Assembly (NCBI GenBank): GCA_030390025.1
Contig: CM059432.1
Location: 9,176,001-9,240,000, forward strand
Source of the DNA: Squalus acanthias
Lineage: Eukaryota
Length of the DNA: 64,000 nucleotides
Direction: 5' to 3'
In this document: positions 1 to 12,832 of the stretch, piece by piece
Position numbering within the stretch: the stretch's first letter is position 1
How the letters are laid out: each line of letters begins with the position of its first letter
The notes under the pieces: model-generated
Told to the model about the DNA's origin: nothing
Seen by the model: the letters and a program-made list of their open reading frames with translations, nothing else
Database searches by the model: none
Made by a program: the position numbers and the translations under genes

Positions 1-431
1 CCATCTCATTGATTCTCCTCTTCTTCTTCTGCTGAACATGATGTTTGGAGGGAGGGGGAGGAGCTGCAGTGGGATACCAGGTAAGCCAGTCGACCCAAGT
101 GGTTGTCCGTGCCCTCTCAATGACACCTGGACTCCTGCATCAGCAAGGAGAGGTATCATAGCTCACTATGATAGACCTTTTGCCGTGAGGACTTCTTTTA
201 CCAAAGGAGACTGTTCCGACAGACCTTCAGTCAGTGTTATGACCATGAGATGTTGAATGCCGGATTAACCTCTCCGCTGGCAAGTTCTTCAGAAGCACCT
301 CAATCATTGTGTGCCATGCTTTCATCACTGGTGACCTTGGAAAAGGTCCAGAGGAGAGCGAGCAGAATGATTCCTATTTGAAAGAAGCTCAGCTATTTAG
401 ATAGGCTAAAGGACCTTGGTCTATTTACATT

Positions 432-1154
432 GTCTACCTCATACGTTGCAGGAAAGGATGCCCCGGAGCATGGTACATCGGCGAGACCATGCAGACACTG
501 CGACAACGTATGAACGGACACCGCGCAACAATCGCCAGGCAGGATTGTTACCTCCCAGTCGGGGAACACTTCAGCAGGCAAGGACATTCAGCCTCGAATC
601 TTCGGGTAAGCGTTCTCCAAGGCGGCCTTCGAGACACACGACAACGCAAAATCATCGAGCAGAAACTGATAGCCAAGTTCCGCACCCATGAGGACGGCCT
701 CAACCGGGATCTTGGGTTCATGTCACGCTACATGTAACCCCACCTGACGTAGAGTCATCCAGACTCGGGTCATCGTTGGCTTGTTCACAGATGTGATTTC
801 CAGTAAAAAAAGTAAAAAGTTTAAAGTTTATGGTTTTCCATACAGACTGCATTTGACACATTAGACCCCCTGTGACTCCACCTCATTGTCTTAGTTGTAT
901 TTTGCTATGTCTTTGATATAATGTCTTCCTGACTTACCTGATTGTCTCTCTGCCGAGGTGTGATAAAAGGCAGTCAGAAAGATTAACTGTAGTCGTCTGG
1001 CATTGTACTCTGCACAGGCATTGTTCTCTGTCTATATATGCTGTGCCCATTTGAATTCCTTCACTTCACCTGACGAAGGAGCAGCACTCCGAAAGCTTGT
1101 GATTTCAAATAAAACTGTTGGACTATAACCTGGTGTTGTGCGACTTCTCACTTT
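432..1154 (+). mobile_element. Penelope-like element 3' fragment (GIY-YIG endonuclease C-terminus plus 3' repeat), inserted in an old CR1 fragment
   Basis: From 432 the sequence reads VYLIRCRKGCPGAWYIGETMQTLRQRMNGHR...EQKLIAKFRTHEDGLNRD (GIY-YIG motif; ORF 489..737). It is flanked by TSD-like TATTTAC(A/G)TT at 422..431 and 1155..1164. CR1 sequence resumes on both sides (~330..430 and 1155..1470). Confidence 0.9.
1066..1102 (+). ncRNA. Minimal type I hammerhead ribozyme motif of the Penelope 3' repeat
   Basis: TCAC-CTGACGA-A-GGAG-cagca-CTCC-GAAA-GC-TT-GTGA: intact CUGANGA and GAAA boxes, stem I TCAC/GTGA, stem II GGAG/CTCC, palindromic AAGCTT stem III. Confidence 0.75.
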
Positions 1155-2159
1155 TATTTACGTTAGAGCAGCGTAGACTTAGAGGCGACCTGATAGAGGT
1201 CTACTACATAATTAAAGGGCTGGATACCGTGCCTATTGATAGATTATTCCAGTTTAACAGATTGGAGAGGACATGGGGACATGAGTTTAAACTATGTAAG
1301 AGCAGGAATGGACTAGATGTTGGGTGGATCTTCTTTTTCCAGAGTGCCGTGAGCGTCTGGGCACATTGCTGACTGGTGCGGTGGGTGTTGGATCTCTACA
1401 TGCCCTCAAGAGGGAGCTGGACCGGTTTCTGGCTGGAGCAGAGATCGCATCCTATAGAAGGTAAGTGTCTTTCTAGCTAATGCTTGGTCCACCTGTTCTC
1501 CTGGTCTGGTTCTGATCACCTGAAGGGGTCGGAGAGGACTATTCCAAAGTATTTTGTTCCCTTATTGGCCCTGATCTCTGTTTTCTTGCCTCTCCCAGGA
1601 GCTTACATGGCTGGGAGGGTGGGGGTGGGAGGGGGGGGCAGGGAGAGGGTAGGAAGTGTATATTCATGTTTCTCCAGCCATCATAAGGTGTGGGGTATAT
1701 GCTTGATGGACCAGCTGATCTTTTCCTTCCCGCTGCCTGTCAACTTTGTCTGTTGGTATGGTGCGAATGTACTTGGAATACTGAGCACAGTTCTGCTCTC
1801 CACAGTACAAGAAGGATGTTGCAGCTCTTGAGAAGATACAGGGGAACGCATCCAGAATGATCGCGATGATAGAGGGATTGGATTATGAGGCTGAGCAGGG
1901 AGCTCCTGAGGGTGAAGCAGAGGGGGCTGCAAAACCGAGGCTGCAGCAGCCCGCAGTATTTTTACTCCTGCTCCTCCTGGCTCCACAATAATGTAACTTG
2001 TAAAAGGTTTGGTGCCCATTGCTTGAGGGGCCTCCAGCGGTCCCTTTAAGGATCACTGGTTCGGCCGCTCATGACCTGGTACAATGAGGCGGAGCATATG
2101 AGGTGCAAGCTGCACCCATTTGTATCCAAATTTTGCATTGGAGCCCTATATCTGGCATT

Positions 2160-2557
2160 ACTGGTAGGATAGTGGTTATGTTACTGGGCTAGTATTAATG
2201 ATCCCAGAGATGTGAGTTCAAACCCCACCACAGGCAGCTGGGGAATTTTAATTCAATTAATTAAAATATATCTGGAATTTAAAGGAAAACTAGTATCAGT
2301 AATGGTGACCATGAAACTATCGGATTGTTGTAAAAACCCATCTGGTTCACTAATGTCCTTTAGAGAAGGAAATCTGCTGTCTTTACCTGGTCTGGCCTAT
2401 ATGTGACTCCAGACCCACAGCAATGTGGTTGACTCTTAACTGCCCTCTGCGGTTCAAGAAGGCGGCTCACCACCACCTTCTCAAGGGCAATTAGGGACGG
2501 GCAATAAATGCTGGCCTTGCCAGCGACGCTCACATCCCAGGAATGAGTTAAAAAAAA
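2160..2557 (+). mobile_element. tRNA-derived SINE whose 3' tail is shared with the LINE at 11268..11687
   Basis: A-box-like TAGTGGTT and B-box-like GTTCAAACCC head. The tail GCGGTTCAAGAAGGCGGCTCACCACCACCTTCTCAAGGGCAATTAGG...CACATCCC plus A-run matches the LINE 3' end at ~11577..11687. Confidence 0.75.
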
Positions 2558-3649
2558 TTAGGACCCCGATTTGCACATGCAAGGCACCTAACGCCTGTTG
2601 CAGGCAGGTGCCCTGGACACCTAAAAGGCGGCCACTTTCAATATGGCGGCCGACGCGTTTTCAGGGCAGATCAGGCATAGGAAGTCGCGACCAGAAATTG
2701 GGCCCCCCGATCTTTCATTTACGCTCAAACCCCTGATGACCAAAGCACCAACGAATTCATTCCATAATGATAATCAGAGATAATCCTAGAAATTGATCAG
2801 CCCGTAGCATTTTTGCTTTTGATAATTTGCGTGGGAGTGGTTTAATATGCATCGCACATTTCTTTTTAATCACACAATTAATATAATTAAAAATCGCAAC
2901 AACAAAAATCTTTTCAATTCTGGAAGCTCAGGCTTGGTTTTTTCGAAAAGGAATTTTAACTTTTTAAGCTGGTTTGACATTTGAAAATCATTTTAGGAGC
3001 CTTTCTCGAAAATTGTGAGGCCCTGTTAGCCTCCCATGTGTAATACTAGCTGAGGCTTTAAGTGCTCAGGCATGACCAAAGCACAGATGAATTAATTCCA
3101 TGATGAGAATGAGAAATAATCCAAGAAATTGATCAGCAGTTAATTAGCTTTGAACTGGCACAACGGGCCGAATGGCCTCCTGCTGTGGTGTATGACTCCA
3201 CCACTCCACATACCCACAACGCACAAGGAGGAGAAAGGGTTGTGAAGGTTTTGAATTTATAGTCCAGACAAAAATAGCACTTTTTCCCAACATGGAATTG
3301 AAAGGATGAGCTATGCAAAAAGCTCTGTTCCAATTGGCCACAATTAATGGGTCAGTTTGATCAGATGTGTATAGCAGAATATATTTAAACTGGTAGCATA
3401 CAACAGCTGCCCAGGGATAAAATAGCCCACAGGCAATATTGCATTAACACGAATGACAATTCCTCCACGAGTATACTCATGAATATTTGCAGGCGAACTA
3501 TTTACATAAAACACATTTACAGCTGCAAATCACACGGCTATGAAATATTCTGTATTAAGGGCAGAGTTCAATTCCTCATAAAGCCCCCAAGGAGCTTATT
3601 CGACATTTACACCTATAGTTTGGTGAACAAACTCTATAATATTAAAAGT

Positions 3650-4123
3650 GCCAGCCGTGGCTCAGTGGGCTGCACTCTTGCCTCTGAGTCAGAAGGTTGT
3701 GGGTTCAAGTCCCACCCCAAAGACTTGAGCACGAAAGTCTAGGCTGATACTCCAATGCAGTGCTGAGGTAGCGCTGCACTGTCGGAGGTGCTGTCTTTTG
3801 GATGAGACATTAAATCGAGGCCCCGTCTGCTCTCTCAGGTGGACGTAAAAGATCCCATGGCCACTATTTCAAAGAAGAGCAGAGGAGTTATCCCCGGTGT
3901 CCTGGGGCCAATATTTATTCCTCAATCAACACCACTAAAAATAGATTAACTGGTCATTATCACATTACTGTTTGTGGGAGCTTGCTGTGTGCAATGGATG
4001 CTGCGTTTCCAACATTACAACAGTGACTACACTTCAAAAGTGCGTCATTGGCTGTAAAGCACTTTGGGACATCCTGAGGTCGTGAACGGCGCTATAGAAA
4101 TGCAAGTCTTTATTTCTTTCTTT
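3650..4123 (+). mobile_element. Full-length DeuSINE (SacSINE1/AmnSINE1-like)
   Basis: tRNA head (GGCTCAGTGG...GGTTCAAGTCCC), Deu-domain core (GGATGAGACATTAAATCGAGG...GATCCCATGGC...CCGGTGTCCTGG) and L2-like tail GGCGCTATAGAAATGCAAGTC(TTTC)n. Other copies or fragments: 5155..5262, 9995..10222(-), 16120..16548(-), 16570..16937(-), 17995..18462(-), 26849..27210(-), 29116..29570(-), 38826..39437(+), 52230..52525(+), 60020..61965(-, split). Confidence 0.85.
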
Positions 4124-4175
4124 CAACCCAAGAGGAACTTTTTCAGGATACCAACGATACCTTGGTGAACATATT

Positions 4176-4906
4176 GGGCCGAATTTTGCGACCCCTTACA
4201 GGTGCGTACGAGGTGTGTACGCGCCCGTAGGGGCCGCGCAAGTGCCGGGTTTAGGCCTGCGAAGCGCATGCGCTGAAACCCGACACTTGCGATCTGTCAA
4301 GAATCTCCGCATCCCCAGGAAAAGGACCTCTGCGGGTGAAGAGTTGCCCTTTTTGCACAACTTCCGCCCGCTGAAATGCCGTGGAATTCTTACGCCTGGT
4401 AAAAGCAAGCATAAGGCCTGCTTTTACCAGCATAAGAGTTTAAAATAACATAAAAATACATTTTTTTCAATCATTTTAACAATAAAAAACCTGTGCAGTA
4501 AGGTAAGGTTATTTTTAGCCCCTTTAAAACATTGAAATTTATTTTTCAAAAAATTAAATTTTTGTTTAAAATATTTAATTAAATGGCATTTTAATTAATT
4601 TTATATATGTAATGGTTTTTCTTTATTTATTTCAGTGTGTTGGTGCATTTTTGCAGTCATCCCCATTCATACTTTTGACAGTTCTGTGCGTGCGGAACTG
4701 TCTAAAGATTGAACGGGGGAATTCCCTTCTTCCATTGGTTGGGCTGGCCCACGTGCCCCTGGGATACCTGGGCCTCTGCGCATTTCGAAGAGGAGAGGCC
4801 CAGGATCACAAGCCTCGGTATCTACGGAGCCAGCGGGTAAGTTCGTAGATTTTTTCCGATCGGAGGCGTCCGCCCGCAGGAAGCCTCCGATCGGAAATTC
4901 AGGGCC
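4176..4906. mobile_element. Non-autonomous Harbinger-type MITE, family A
   Basis: Ends GGGCCGAATTTT ... AAATTCAGGGCC, flanks ATT/ATC. An inverted homologous copy lies at 25018..26483. Confidence 0.75.
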
Positions 4907-5061
4907 ATCATTAATTTATGTAATCTGTAGCGATGTATTAAAATCTGGCATTAACTTTGAATAACATTTCTTTGATTTTGTTACAAGTGACTATTCCAGG
5001 AACTTCTCCACAGATCAACAACCAGCAACATCTTCCAGAATAGTCTCCATTTGCTATTTCA

Positions 5062-5620
5062 TAGAATCATAGAATGATACAGCACAGAAGGAGGCCATTC
5101 GGCACTTTGTGCCTGTGCCGGCTCTTTGAAAGAGCGACCCAATTAGTACCACTCTACATTACATCAGTGATTACACTTCAAAAGTACTTCATTGGCTGTA
5201 AAGCATTTTGGGACATCCTGAGGTCATGAAAGGCGCTATATAAATGCAAGTCTATTTTTTTTCTTTCACTCCCCTGCCTTTTCCCCATAACCCTGCAAAT
5301 TTTTCCCCTTTAAGTATTCATCTAATTCCCTTTTGAAGTCTATTATTGAATCTGCTTCCACTGCCCTTTCAGGCAGTGCATTCCAGATCATAACAACTCG
5401 CCGAGTAAAAATCTCCCCTCTGGTTCTTTTGCCAATTATCTTAAATCTGTGTCCTCTGGTTACCGACCGTTCTGCCACTGGAAACTGTTTCTCCTTATTC
5501 ACTCTGTCAAAACCATTCATGATTTTGAACACCTCTATCAAATCTCCTCTTAACCTCTTCTGCTCTGAGGAGAACAACCCCAGCTTCTCCAGTCTCTCCA
5601 CACAATTGAAGTCTCACACA
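5062..5620 (-). mobile_element. CR1 LINE 3' fragment (with DeuSINE tail inserted)
   Basis: ORF 5266..5601 has the RLRGDLIEVFK...TRGH...WNALP CR1 C-terminal motifs; (TTCTATGA)n tail. Confidence 0.9.
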
Positions 5621-6445
5621 ACTGAAGTACACTTTGGAAAGAATGAAGCTCTGTAAATTTGCATCTCCTTATTTACCCCATCGAATTCCGCTGTGGTGCC
5701 GGTCCTCGGGGCTGAGCACCCTCCTGTACTGGTCCTAAATAAGAAACAAAAAGGAACTCGAAGAAAGGGATATGGAACAGATTGGGCAGATGGTGGTAGG
5801 ACTACTACTTCATGTGGAAGATAGACGCCAACGCCGAATGGCCTGTTTCTGTGCTGTAATTTCGAGGTGGTACAGTGACTTTTACAACCTCAAAGTCCTT
5901 CAAAGCCAACAAAGTAGTCATCGTCCGTGTAGTAGTGGGTGTCAGAAGGCTGTTCAGCTGTGAGCAGCATCACAACCGAGCCCCATCTGTTTCTCACCTG
6001 ACGTCCACACACACGGACCTTTCCACAGGAACAATTCAGTAAAAGAACGGCTAGAGTCAGATGGTAAGTGTAACCGATCATTGATATGTAAAAGGAAACA
6101 GAGTGAGAGAGTAGACAGAGCTCTTGGCAAACTCTGAGTTAATGGGAAAAAAGTCACAGGATGAACCATAAATTAGAACAGAGTGGTTTGAGAGGAAGTT
6201 AGCTAGCCATGAACATAGCCCTCGTGAGAGGCCAGATGTGCTAACTTGTTTGGAAGTGCACAGCTTCAGACTGTGTCAAAGCTATTGGAGATGTACAAGG
6301 CAATGACAGATGATTTCCCAAAGTGTTCAAGGGCAGTTATGGAGTTATCAGTCAAACAGCCATCCCTAAAACTATACTGGCATTTAGGGATTAAGACAGA
6401 ATGTTCAAGATAATGGATCATTTGAAATTTAGCAGCACATTCTAA

Positions 6446-7645
6446 ACCCATCCCCCTCTGTGCTCGCTGACCTACATTGGCTCCCGGTCCGGCAACACCT
6501 CGATTTTAAAATTGTCATCCTTGTTTTCAAATCCCTCCATGGCCTCACCGCTCCCTATCCCTGGTGTTCAGAGAGATTTTGGTGTCCTCGTACAGGAAAC
6601 ACAGAGAGTTAGCATGCAGGTACAGCAAGCAGTTAGGAAGGCAAATGGCACGTTGGCCTTTATTGCAAGGGGGTAGGAGTACAAGAGTAAGGAAGTCTTA
6701 TTACAATGTTACAGGGCTTTGGTGAGACCACACCTGGAGTACTGTGCAAAGTTTTGGTCTCCTTATCTGAGAAAGGACATATATGCCTCAGAGGCGGTGC
6801 AACAAAGGTTCACTAGATTGATTCCTGGGTTGAGAGGGTTGTCCTATGAGGAGAGATTGAGTAGATTGGGCCTATACTCTCTGGAGTTTAGAAGAATAAG
6901 AGGTGACCTCATTGAAACATATAGGATTCTGAGGGGGATTGACAGGGTAGATGCTGAGAGGTTGTTTCCCCTGGCTGGAGGGTCTAGAACAAGGGGGCAT
7001 AATCTCAGGATAAGGGGTAGGCCATTTAAGACTGAGATGAGGAGGAATTTCTTCACTCAGGAAGTTGAGAATCTTTGGAATTCTCTGCCTCAAAGGGCTG
7101 CAGATGCTGAGTCGTTGCATATATTCAAGGCTGAGATCGATATATTTTTGGACTCTAGGGGAATCAAGGGATTTGGAGATAGGGCGGGAAAGTGGAGTTG
7201 AGGTCAAAGATCAACCATGATCTTATTGAATTGAGGAGCAGGCTTGAAGGGCCATATGGCCTACTCCTGCTCCTAACTCTTATGTTCTTATGTTCTCTGT
7301 AATGTCCTCCAGCCCTACAACCCTCCACGATCTCTGTGCTCCTCCAATCCTGGCCTCTTGCGCATCCTCGATTTTAATCACTCCACCATTGGCGGCCGTG
7401 CCTTTAGCTACCTGGGCCCTATGCTCTGGAATTCCCTCCCTAAACCTCTCCGCCTCTCTACCTCTCAATCCTCCTTTAGGACGCTCCTTTAAAACCTACC
7501 TCATTGACGAAACTTTTGGTCATCTGTCCTAATATCTCCTTATGAGGCTCAATGATAAATTTTGTTTGATAACGCTCCTGTTAAGCACCTTGGGATGTTT
7601 TGCTATGTTAATGGGGCTATATAAATGCAAGTTAGCATTGTTGCT
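6446..7645 (+). mobile_element. L2 LINE 3' end split by a CR1 insertion (CR1 6562..7293)
   Basis: L2 motif ...LADLHWLPV...FKI breaks off at ~6560 and resumes at ~7295, running to the TATATAAATGCAAG(TTG)n tail. The CR1 ORF 6719..7201 lies between. Confidence 0.85.
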
Positions 7646-7857
7646 GTTTGGAACAGAGTTATGTAGGGCAATTGTTAGGAGTGAAGAGTAGGAGAGATCA
7701 CCTAAGGACAGGGTCAACACATACAAATTCCGAAAGAAAAGCAATAGGATGATGAGGAGTAAGACAGATTGATCAGAAGGCACAGGAAAGGAGTAAATGT
7801 GAAGGCCAGGAACAGGGAAGATCTAACAGATCAGTTGCGAATAAAATTTAATGTCAG

Positions 7858-8414
7858 TTGCAATACTGTGTACAGTTTTGGTCTCCTTACCTAAGGAAGG
7901 ATATACCTGCCTTAAAGGGGGTGCAACGAAGGTTCACTAGATTGATCTCTGGGGTGAGAGGGCTGTCCTATAAGGAGAGATTGAGTAGAATGGGCCGATA
8001 CTCGCTGGAGTTTATAAGAATGAGAGGTGATCGCATTGAAACATATAAGATTCTGAAGGGGATTGACAGGGTAGATGCTGAGAGGTTGTTTCCCCTGGCT
8101 GGAGTGTCTAGAACTAGGGGGCATAGTCTCAGGATAAGGGGTCGGCAATTTAGCACTGAGATGAGGAGGAATTTCTTCACTCAGAGGGTTGTGAATCTTT
8201 GGAATTCTCTGCCCCAGAGGGCTGTGGATGCTGAGTCTTTGAGTATATTCAAGGCTGAGATTGATAGATTTTTGGGCTCTAGGGGAATCAAGGGATATGG
8301 AGATAGGGCAGGAAAGTGGAGTTGAGGTCGAAGATCAGCCATGATCTTATTGAATGGCGGAGCAGGCTCGAAGGGCCGTATGACCGGCTCCTGCTCCTAT
8401 TGCTTATGTTCTTA
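7858..8414 (+). mobile_element. CR1 LINE 3' fragment
   Basis: ORF 7858..8325 YCVQFWSP...RGH...LWNSLP; CR1 3' UTR and TTATGTTC tail. Confidence 0.9.
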
Positions 8415-9303
8415 TAAATAAACAGAATGAAGCAATGGAGGGAGGTTTTTCAGCAAGGTCATCAGATTAGAGTTGGAGGAGAAAAGTGAGCCAGAACGAT
8501 CAAGGCCTAGAAATTCGGTAGCCCCCGAAAATGGGCGCGAGGAACGCAATGCGATAGGAACCCGTGCCCGTCCGGAGGACTGCAGGCAGCACGTAAAATT
8601 TGTGCTGTCTGCTAATTTGCATGATTGTAGTGTTCAACCCAGTGCTGAACATGCTGCTGAGTGGCTGAACGATCAGCAGGGGGCGCAAGCTGCCATCGTG
8701 GCTGGGTTTACCAGTATGGAAAGAGGTTTGCAGGGTATCACAGCAGTCCAGCAGTCTGTACTCCAGCAGATTGCTGAGGTGCCGCCCCAGGGGGGAGTGG
8801 CAGTGGCTCCGTGGAGCACGAACCTGCTGCCCTCTCTCAGGATGACAGCATTCGTCCGCCCACCACTGCCACTCCGCCAGTGCCCTTGCTGCTGCCTGTC
8901 GGCTAGCCAGCCTAGAATGCTGCCGCCCGTGCCGAAGGGGTGCAGTCCGAAGCTGGGCCTCCTAGGCCTAGAGCTGCTCGAGGTCATCCAGTAAGGTCAT
9001 CTGCAGTCTCCCCCACTGAAAGTCAGCAGCCTTCCACCAGCCATGCTGCAGCCATTGGGGTAGCACTGCGTAGGAGCACTAGGACAGGCAAAGGCACCGC
9101 AAGACAGTCACTAGGGAATGCACAAGGGTGATTTTGATGTAATATTGAATGGATATAGGGATAAAGTTTAATTGGAAGGTTTGCTTTGTGGTGACTTTTA
9201 TTTCAGCATTGTGGCCAAGAGGATGCTGTGATGGTCAGTAACAGAGGGAAGGTAAGGTGTGGGACAAATGTTGAAAGGGGAAAAGGGGTTGTGTTCACTG
9301 ATA

Positions 9304-10790
9304 TCACAGGCGGATGATTCGATCCCAGATATCTCGGCCACAAAGGGGCTGTCTGGATTGCCTCCTTCCTTCCGCTTCTGCCTCCTCCTCTTCCTCATCT
9401 TCCAACTCCTCCTCTTCCTCATCCTCCGACTCCTCCTCTTCCTCATCCTCCAACTCTTCATGCTCCTGAGCTGGTGGCCGTATCCCTGGTGGCAAGGGCC
9501 ATGCCCTCATGGTGGCCAGGTTGTGGAGGATACAGCAGATCACGACGAATCGTTGAGTACCATAGGGCTCCTCCAGAGCGATCCAGGCAGCGGAAGCGTT
9601 GTTTAAGGATGCCAATGGTCTGCTCTATCATGTTTCATGCGGCAACATGGCTGAGTCATGAGTCAGGTGGTCAAGGGATAGCCCTTGTTGCCCAGTAGCA
9701 ACCCTTTGGTTTGTCTTGGTGGCTCAAAGACTGAGGGAACAGCGGACTGGCGCAGAATAAAAGCATCATGACTGCTGCCAGGATACTGGGCATTTATCAT
9801 CATGATATGCTGAGCATGGTTGCACACCAACTGCACATTCAGCGAGTAGTAATCTTTGCGATTACGGTACATCTCAGCATTTATAAACTGTCCCCACAAA
9901 GCCACGTGCATGCAGTCGATGGCACCCTGCACCATGCGCATGCCCTCTATCCTTGCAAAGCCACGTGCATGCTCCGCCTGCTTCTCTCTGGTCTGAGAAA
10001 GAAAGACTTGCATTTATATAGCGCCTTTCAAGACCACTGGATGTCTCAAAGCGCTTTCCAGCCAATGAAGTACTTTTGGAGTGCAGTCACTGTTGTAATG
10101 TGGGAAACGTGGCAGCCAATTACGCACAGCAAGCTCCCACAAACAGCAATGTGATAATGATCAGATAATCTGTTTTTGTTATGCTGATTGAGGGATAAAT
10201 ATTGGCCAGGATACCGGGGATAACTTGTTAGATTAGCCAATTTGTTGATATTAGCTTATCTCTAGTCTTTCAAATAATTAGGATCAACTGCAAACCAATA
10301 TGGTGGGAATATTGTGTTTAGTCAGAGGTTAAGACGGAATCTAACACATTAGTTATACAGCAAAAACATACGACAGTGACAAGCAGCTGGTACCAGACCC
10401 CTTCACTATCTCTGTGAAAAAGCTCCCTAGGTCTTTCTTTTATTCTCTTTTTAGGGGTGGGCCTAAAGTAGGATATGGACAGGCCGATCTGACCTGTAAG
10501 AGTTCTTCCTAAACCAAGGTGCCCAAAGGCACGTCGAGGTTCTTTGTCTCAACTTCGAGATGAAGATCCTCCCTCCAGGATTGCACATGTTTACACACTG
10601 CTCCTGGCTCAGGCTGAGGTGAGAGAATGGCTCTCAGAAGACCCTAGGTGGGTAAGGCCTCCTATTGAGAGCCCTTCTCTCACTCCTCCTCCTCCCTCTG
10701 CGAGCGGCTTGTCCTCTTCTTTGCTGCCTCTCCTCATCTCCCCATCATGCTGCAGGCCAAGGGGGGATGACAACTAGAGCACCCATGACT
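9304..10790 (-). pseudogene. Harbinger (HARBI1-like DDE) transposase remnant, frameshifted and interrupted
   Basis: GAIDCMHV...YRNRKDYYSLNVQLVC...YPGSSHDAFIL...LLGNKGYPL (ORF 9663..10013). VICCILHNLA followed by an acidic tail (ORF 9304..9615). N-terminal RRPYPPRVF*EPFSHLSLSQEQCV at ~10590..10680. DeuSINE and other DNA interrupt at ~9995..10580. Confidence 0.9.
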
Positions 10791-11254
10791 GGGAGCAAGC
10801 GCTCTCACCAGAACCCTTGAATTCAGAAGAAAGGCCTTCTCCACTTGCAGCACCACTCTCTGCCACCTCACCAACTTGAAATAACTCGAGACAGCTCCAA
10901 ATAATTCCACAAACTCACACAGAGCCAGTAGAAATCAAAAAGCAAGTTACCTGAAAGTTGTTGATGATCCTTTTAAATATCGCTAGTGTGGGTCTTTCCT
11001 GCTGTTAAACGCATATTCAGCTGTGCGAGGTTAAGAGAGGACATTAGCTCCAGCGATGACAACAAAAATGGCAGCACTGGCGTCAAATCAGCATTGCATG
11101 CTGGTTGACGTCACGATTTGCCTCCTTACCATACATCTAGTGCTCACTCCTAATGGCCGCCCTACCGCCCTCACCGAGATGGTGTCCGGTGCGGCCCACA
11201 CCAGGACTGCGCAGGGCTGCTTGGAAGCCATTTTGGGCCCAATTCGGCACCCGC

Positions 11255-11687
11255 TTGATTGGCACCCCATCCACCACCTTAAACATTCACTCCCTCCACC
11301 ACCGGCGTACCGTGGCTGCAGTGTGTACCAGCTACAAGATGCACTGCAGCAACTCGTCAAGGTTTCTTCGGCAGCACCTCCCAAACCCGCAACCTCTACC
11401 GCCCAGAAGGACAAGGGCAGCAGGCACATGGGAGCACCACCATCTCCAAGTTTCCCTCTACGTCACACACCATCCTGAGTTGGAAATATATCGCAGTTCC
11501 TTCATCGTCGCTCGGTCAAAATCCTGGAACTCCCTCCCTAACAGCACTGTGGGAGTACCATCACCACACGGACTGCAGCGGTTCAAGAAGGCAGCTCACC
11601 ACCACCTTCTCAAGGGCAATTGGGGATGGGCAATAAATGCTGGCCTTGCCAGCGACACCCACATCCCGTGAACGAATAAAAAAAAAC
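11255..11687 (+). mobile_element. CR1/L2-group LINE (second family) ORF2 C-terminus and 3' tail
   Basis: SLHHRRTVAAVCT.YKMH...YRSSFIVA.SKSWNSLP...LQRFKKAAHHHL, followed by AATAAA and an A tail. Other copies at ~30000..30410(+) and 49334..49681(-, TSD AATTATCTTT). Confidence 0.8.
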
Positions 11688-12832
11688 TCATAGCGCTCAA
11701 ACAACGGCCGCTACGAAACCGAATTTCTAGGCCCATATTCTTCCGAATCACATCCGTAAACCTTACACTGTCATGATTTCTTTTACGGGTTATTCATTTT
11801 GATGCAAAACCGGATTATTTCCCATTTACCTTAAACTGGGGAAAACATGGGCCTTAGTTTTTCATTTTCCTTATGTCCCCCGGCTTAAACAGGTGCTTGA
11901 GTAATATAGCAAGTAAAGGACATTCGGTAAAAATCATGCATCATTAATTGGTATTCACCAGTCTCTCTGTGTAAAAAAAACAGGTTCCTAGAAGGTGCCT
12001 TACAGTTCAAAGGCGGTACCATGAAAGCTCTATCTACTAATGGGAAATGAATGATCCAACAAGTTTCATACTGGAATAGGAGACCCAAAACTAATTAATG
12101 CACTCAACTGGCTAAATCAATTTTCGGTCTGTTATTCCCGCGTGAAGCCTGTGGGACCATTAATTATAATCTTGGTTCAAATAATTCTGATGGCAACGGA
12201 AGGATCAGTAAACCTATAATATAACCCTATAAAGTTTCATTGATAGTAAAATAGTATTTTTAAAATTTGGTTCACAAGTCGTTTGTCAAATTTTATATAA
12301 TCATATACTTAGAATGTAAATCAAAATTATCTGTAGCAAAAATGTACTCTCTCCAGAATTCAAGTGATGCATCCTTTCTAAATTAATAGTGTCCTAATTA
12401 ATTTTTGACATTCTAATTAAAGCTGTAATAACTCTCCAGCGACATCAAATGTTTTGTAAATAAGGTGCTCGCAATCTCTTTTACTGCTTTTCTTTGTAAA
12501 GATGCAGGAACTTTTTCAACATCATAATTTTCCAATTAGTGCGCATCATTTTGTTCACAACTTGAAACGTGTAAATGAAATAATATTAATTTCATAAAGT
12601 AGGGTATTTAAAATGGATATTGACAGAGCAAAAATTGAAACTGCTCTAAATGACACAACCCAATCACAGCGCTAGGAAGTTCAGAGTGCTAGTTTCATTT
12701 TCCCTGCTGCTTCGATCTAAGCCAACCAACTTACAGTTCTTTTAAGAGAATGCTCCTTTATATGCAAGCTTTTGGAACATATATAGCTCAATCTACCCTA
12801 TGACCCCCTTGGTGCTTGATCTCACTCCCAAT

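Larger units (their letters stand above)
8504..11733 (-). mobile_element. Decayed PIF/Harbinger DNA transposon with both TIRs
   Basis: 16-bp perfect TIRs GGCCTAGAAATTCGGT (8504..8519) and ACCGAATTTCTAGGCC (11718..11733). Contains transposase remnants on the - strand and the probable tail of the accessory gene on + (~8620..9130). TSD not resolved. Confidence 0.8.

Noticed and set aside
3650..3725. tRNA genes at SINE heads (also near 32560..32636)
   Set aside because: They continue directly into SINE bodies and are not stand-alone tRNAs.
9304..10013. Domesticated host HARBI1 gene
   Set aside because: Frameshifted, interrupted by a SINE and bounded by TIRs, so it is a transposon remnant.
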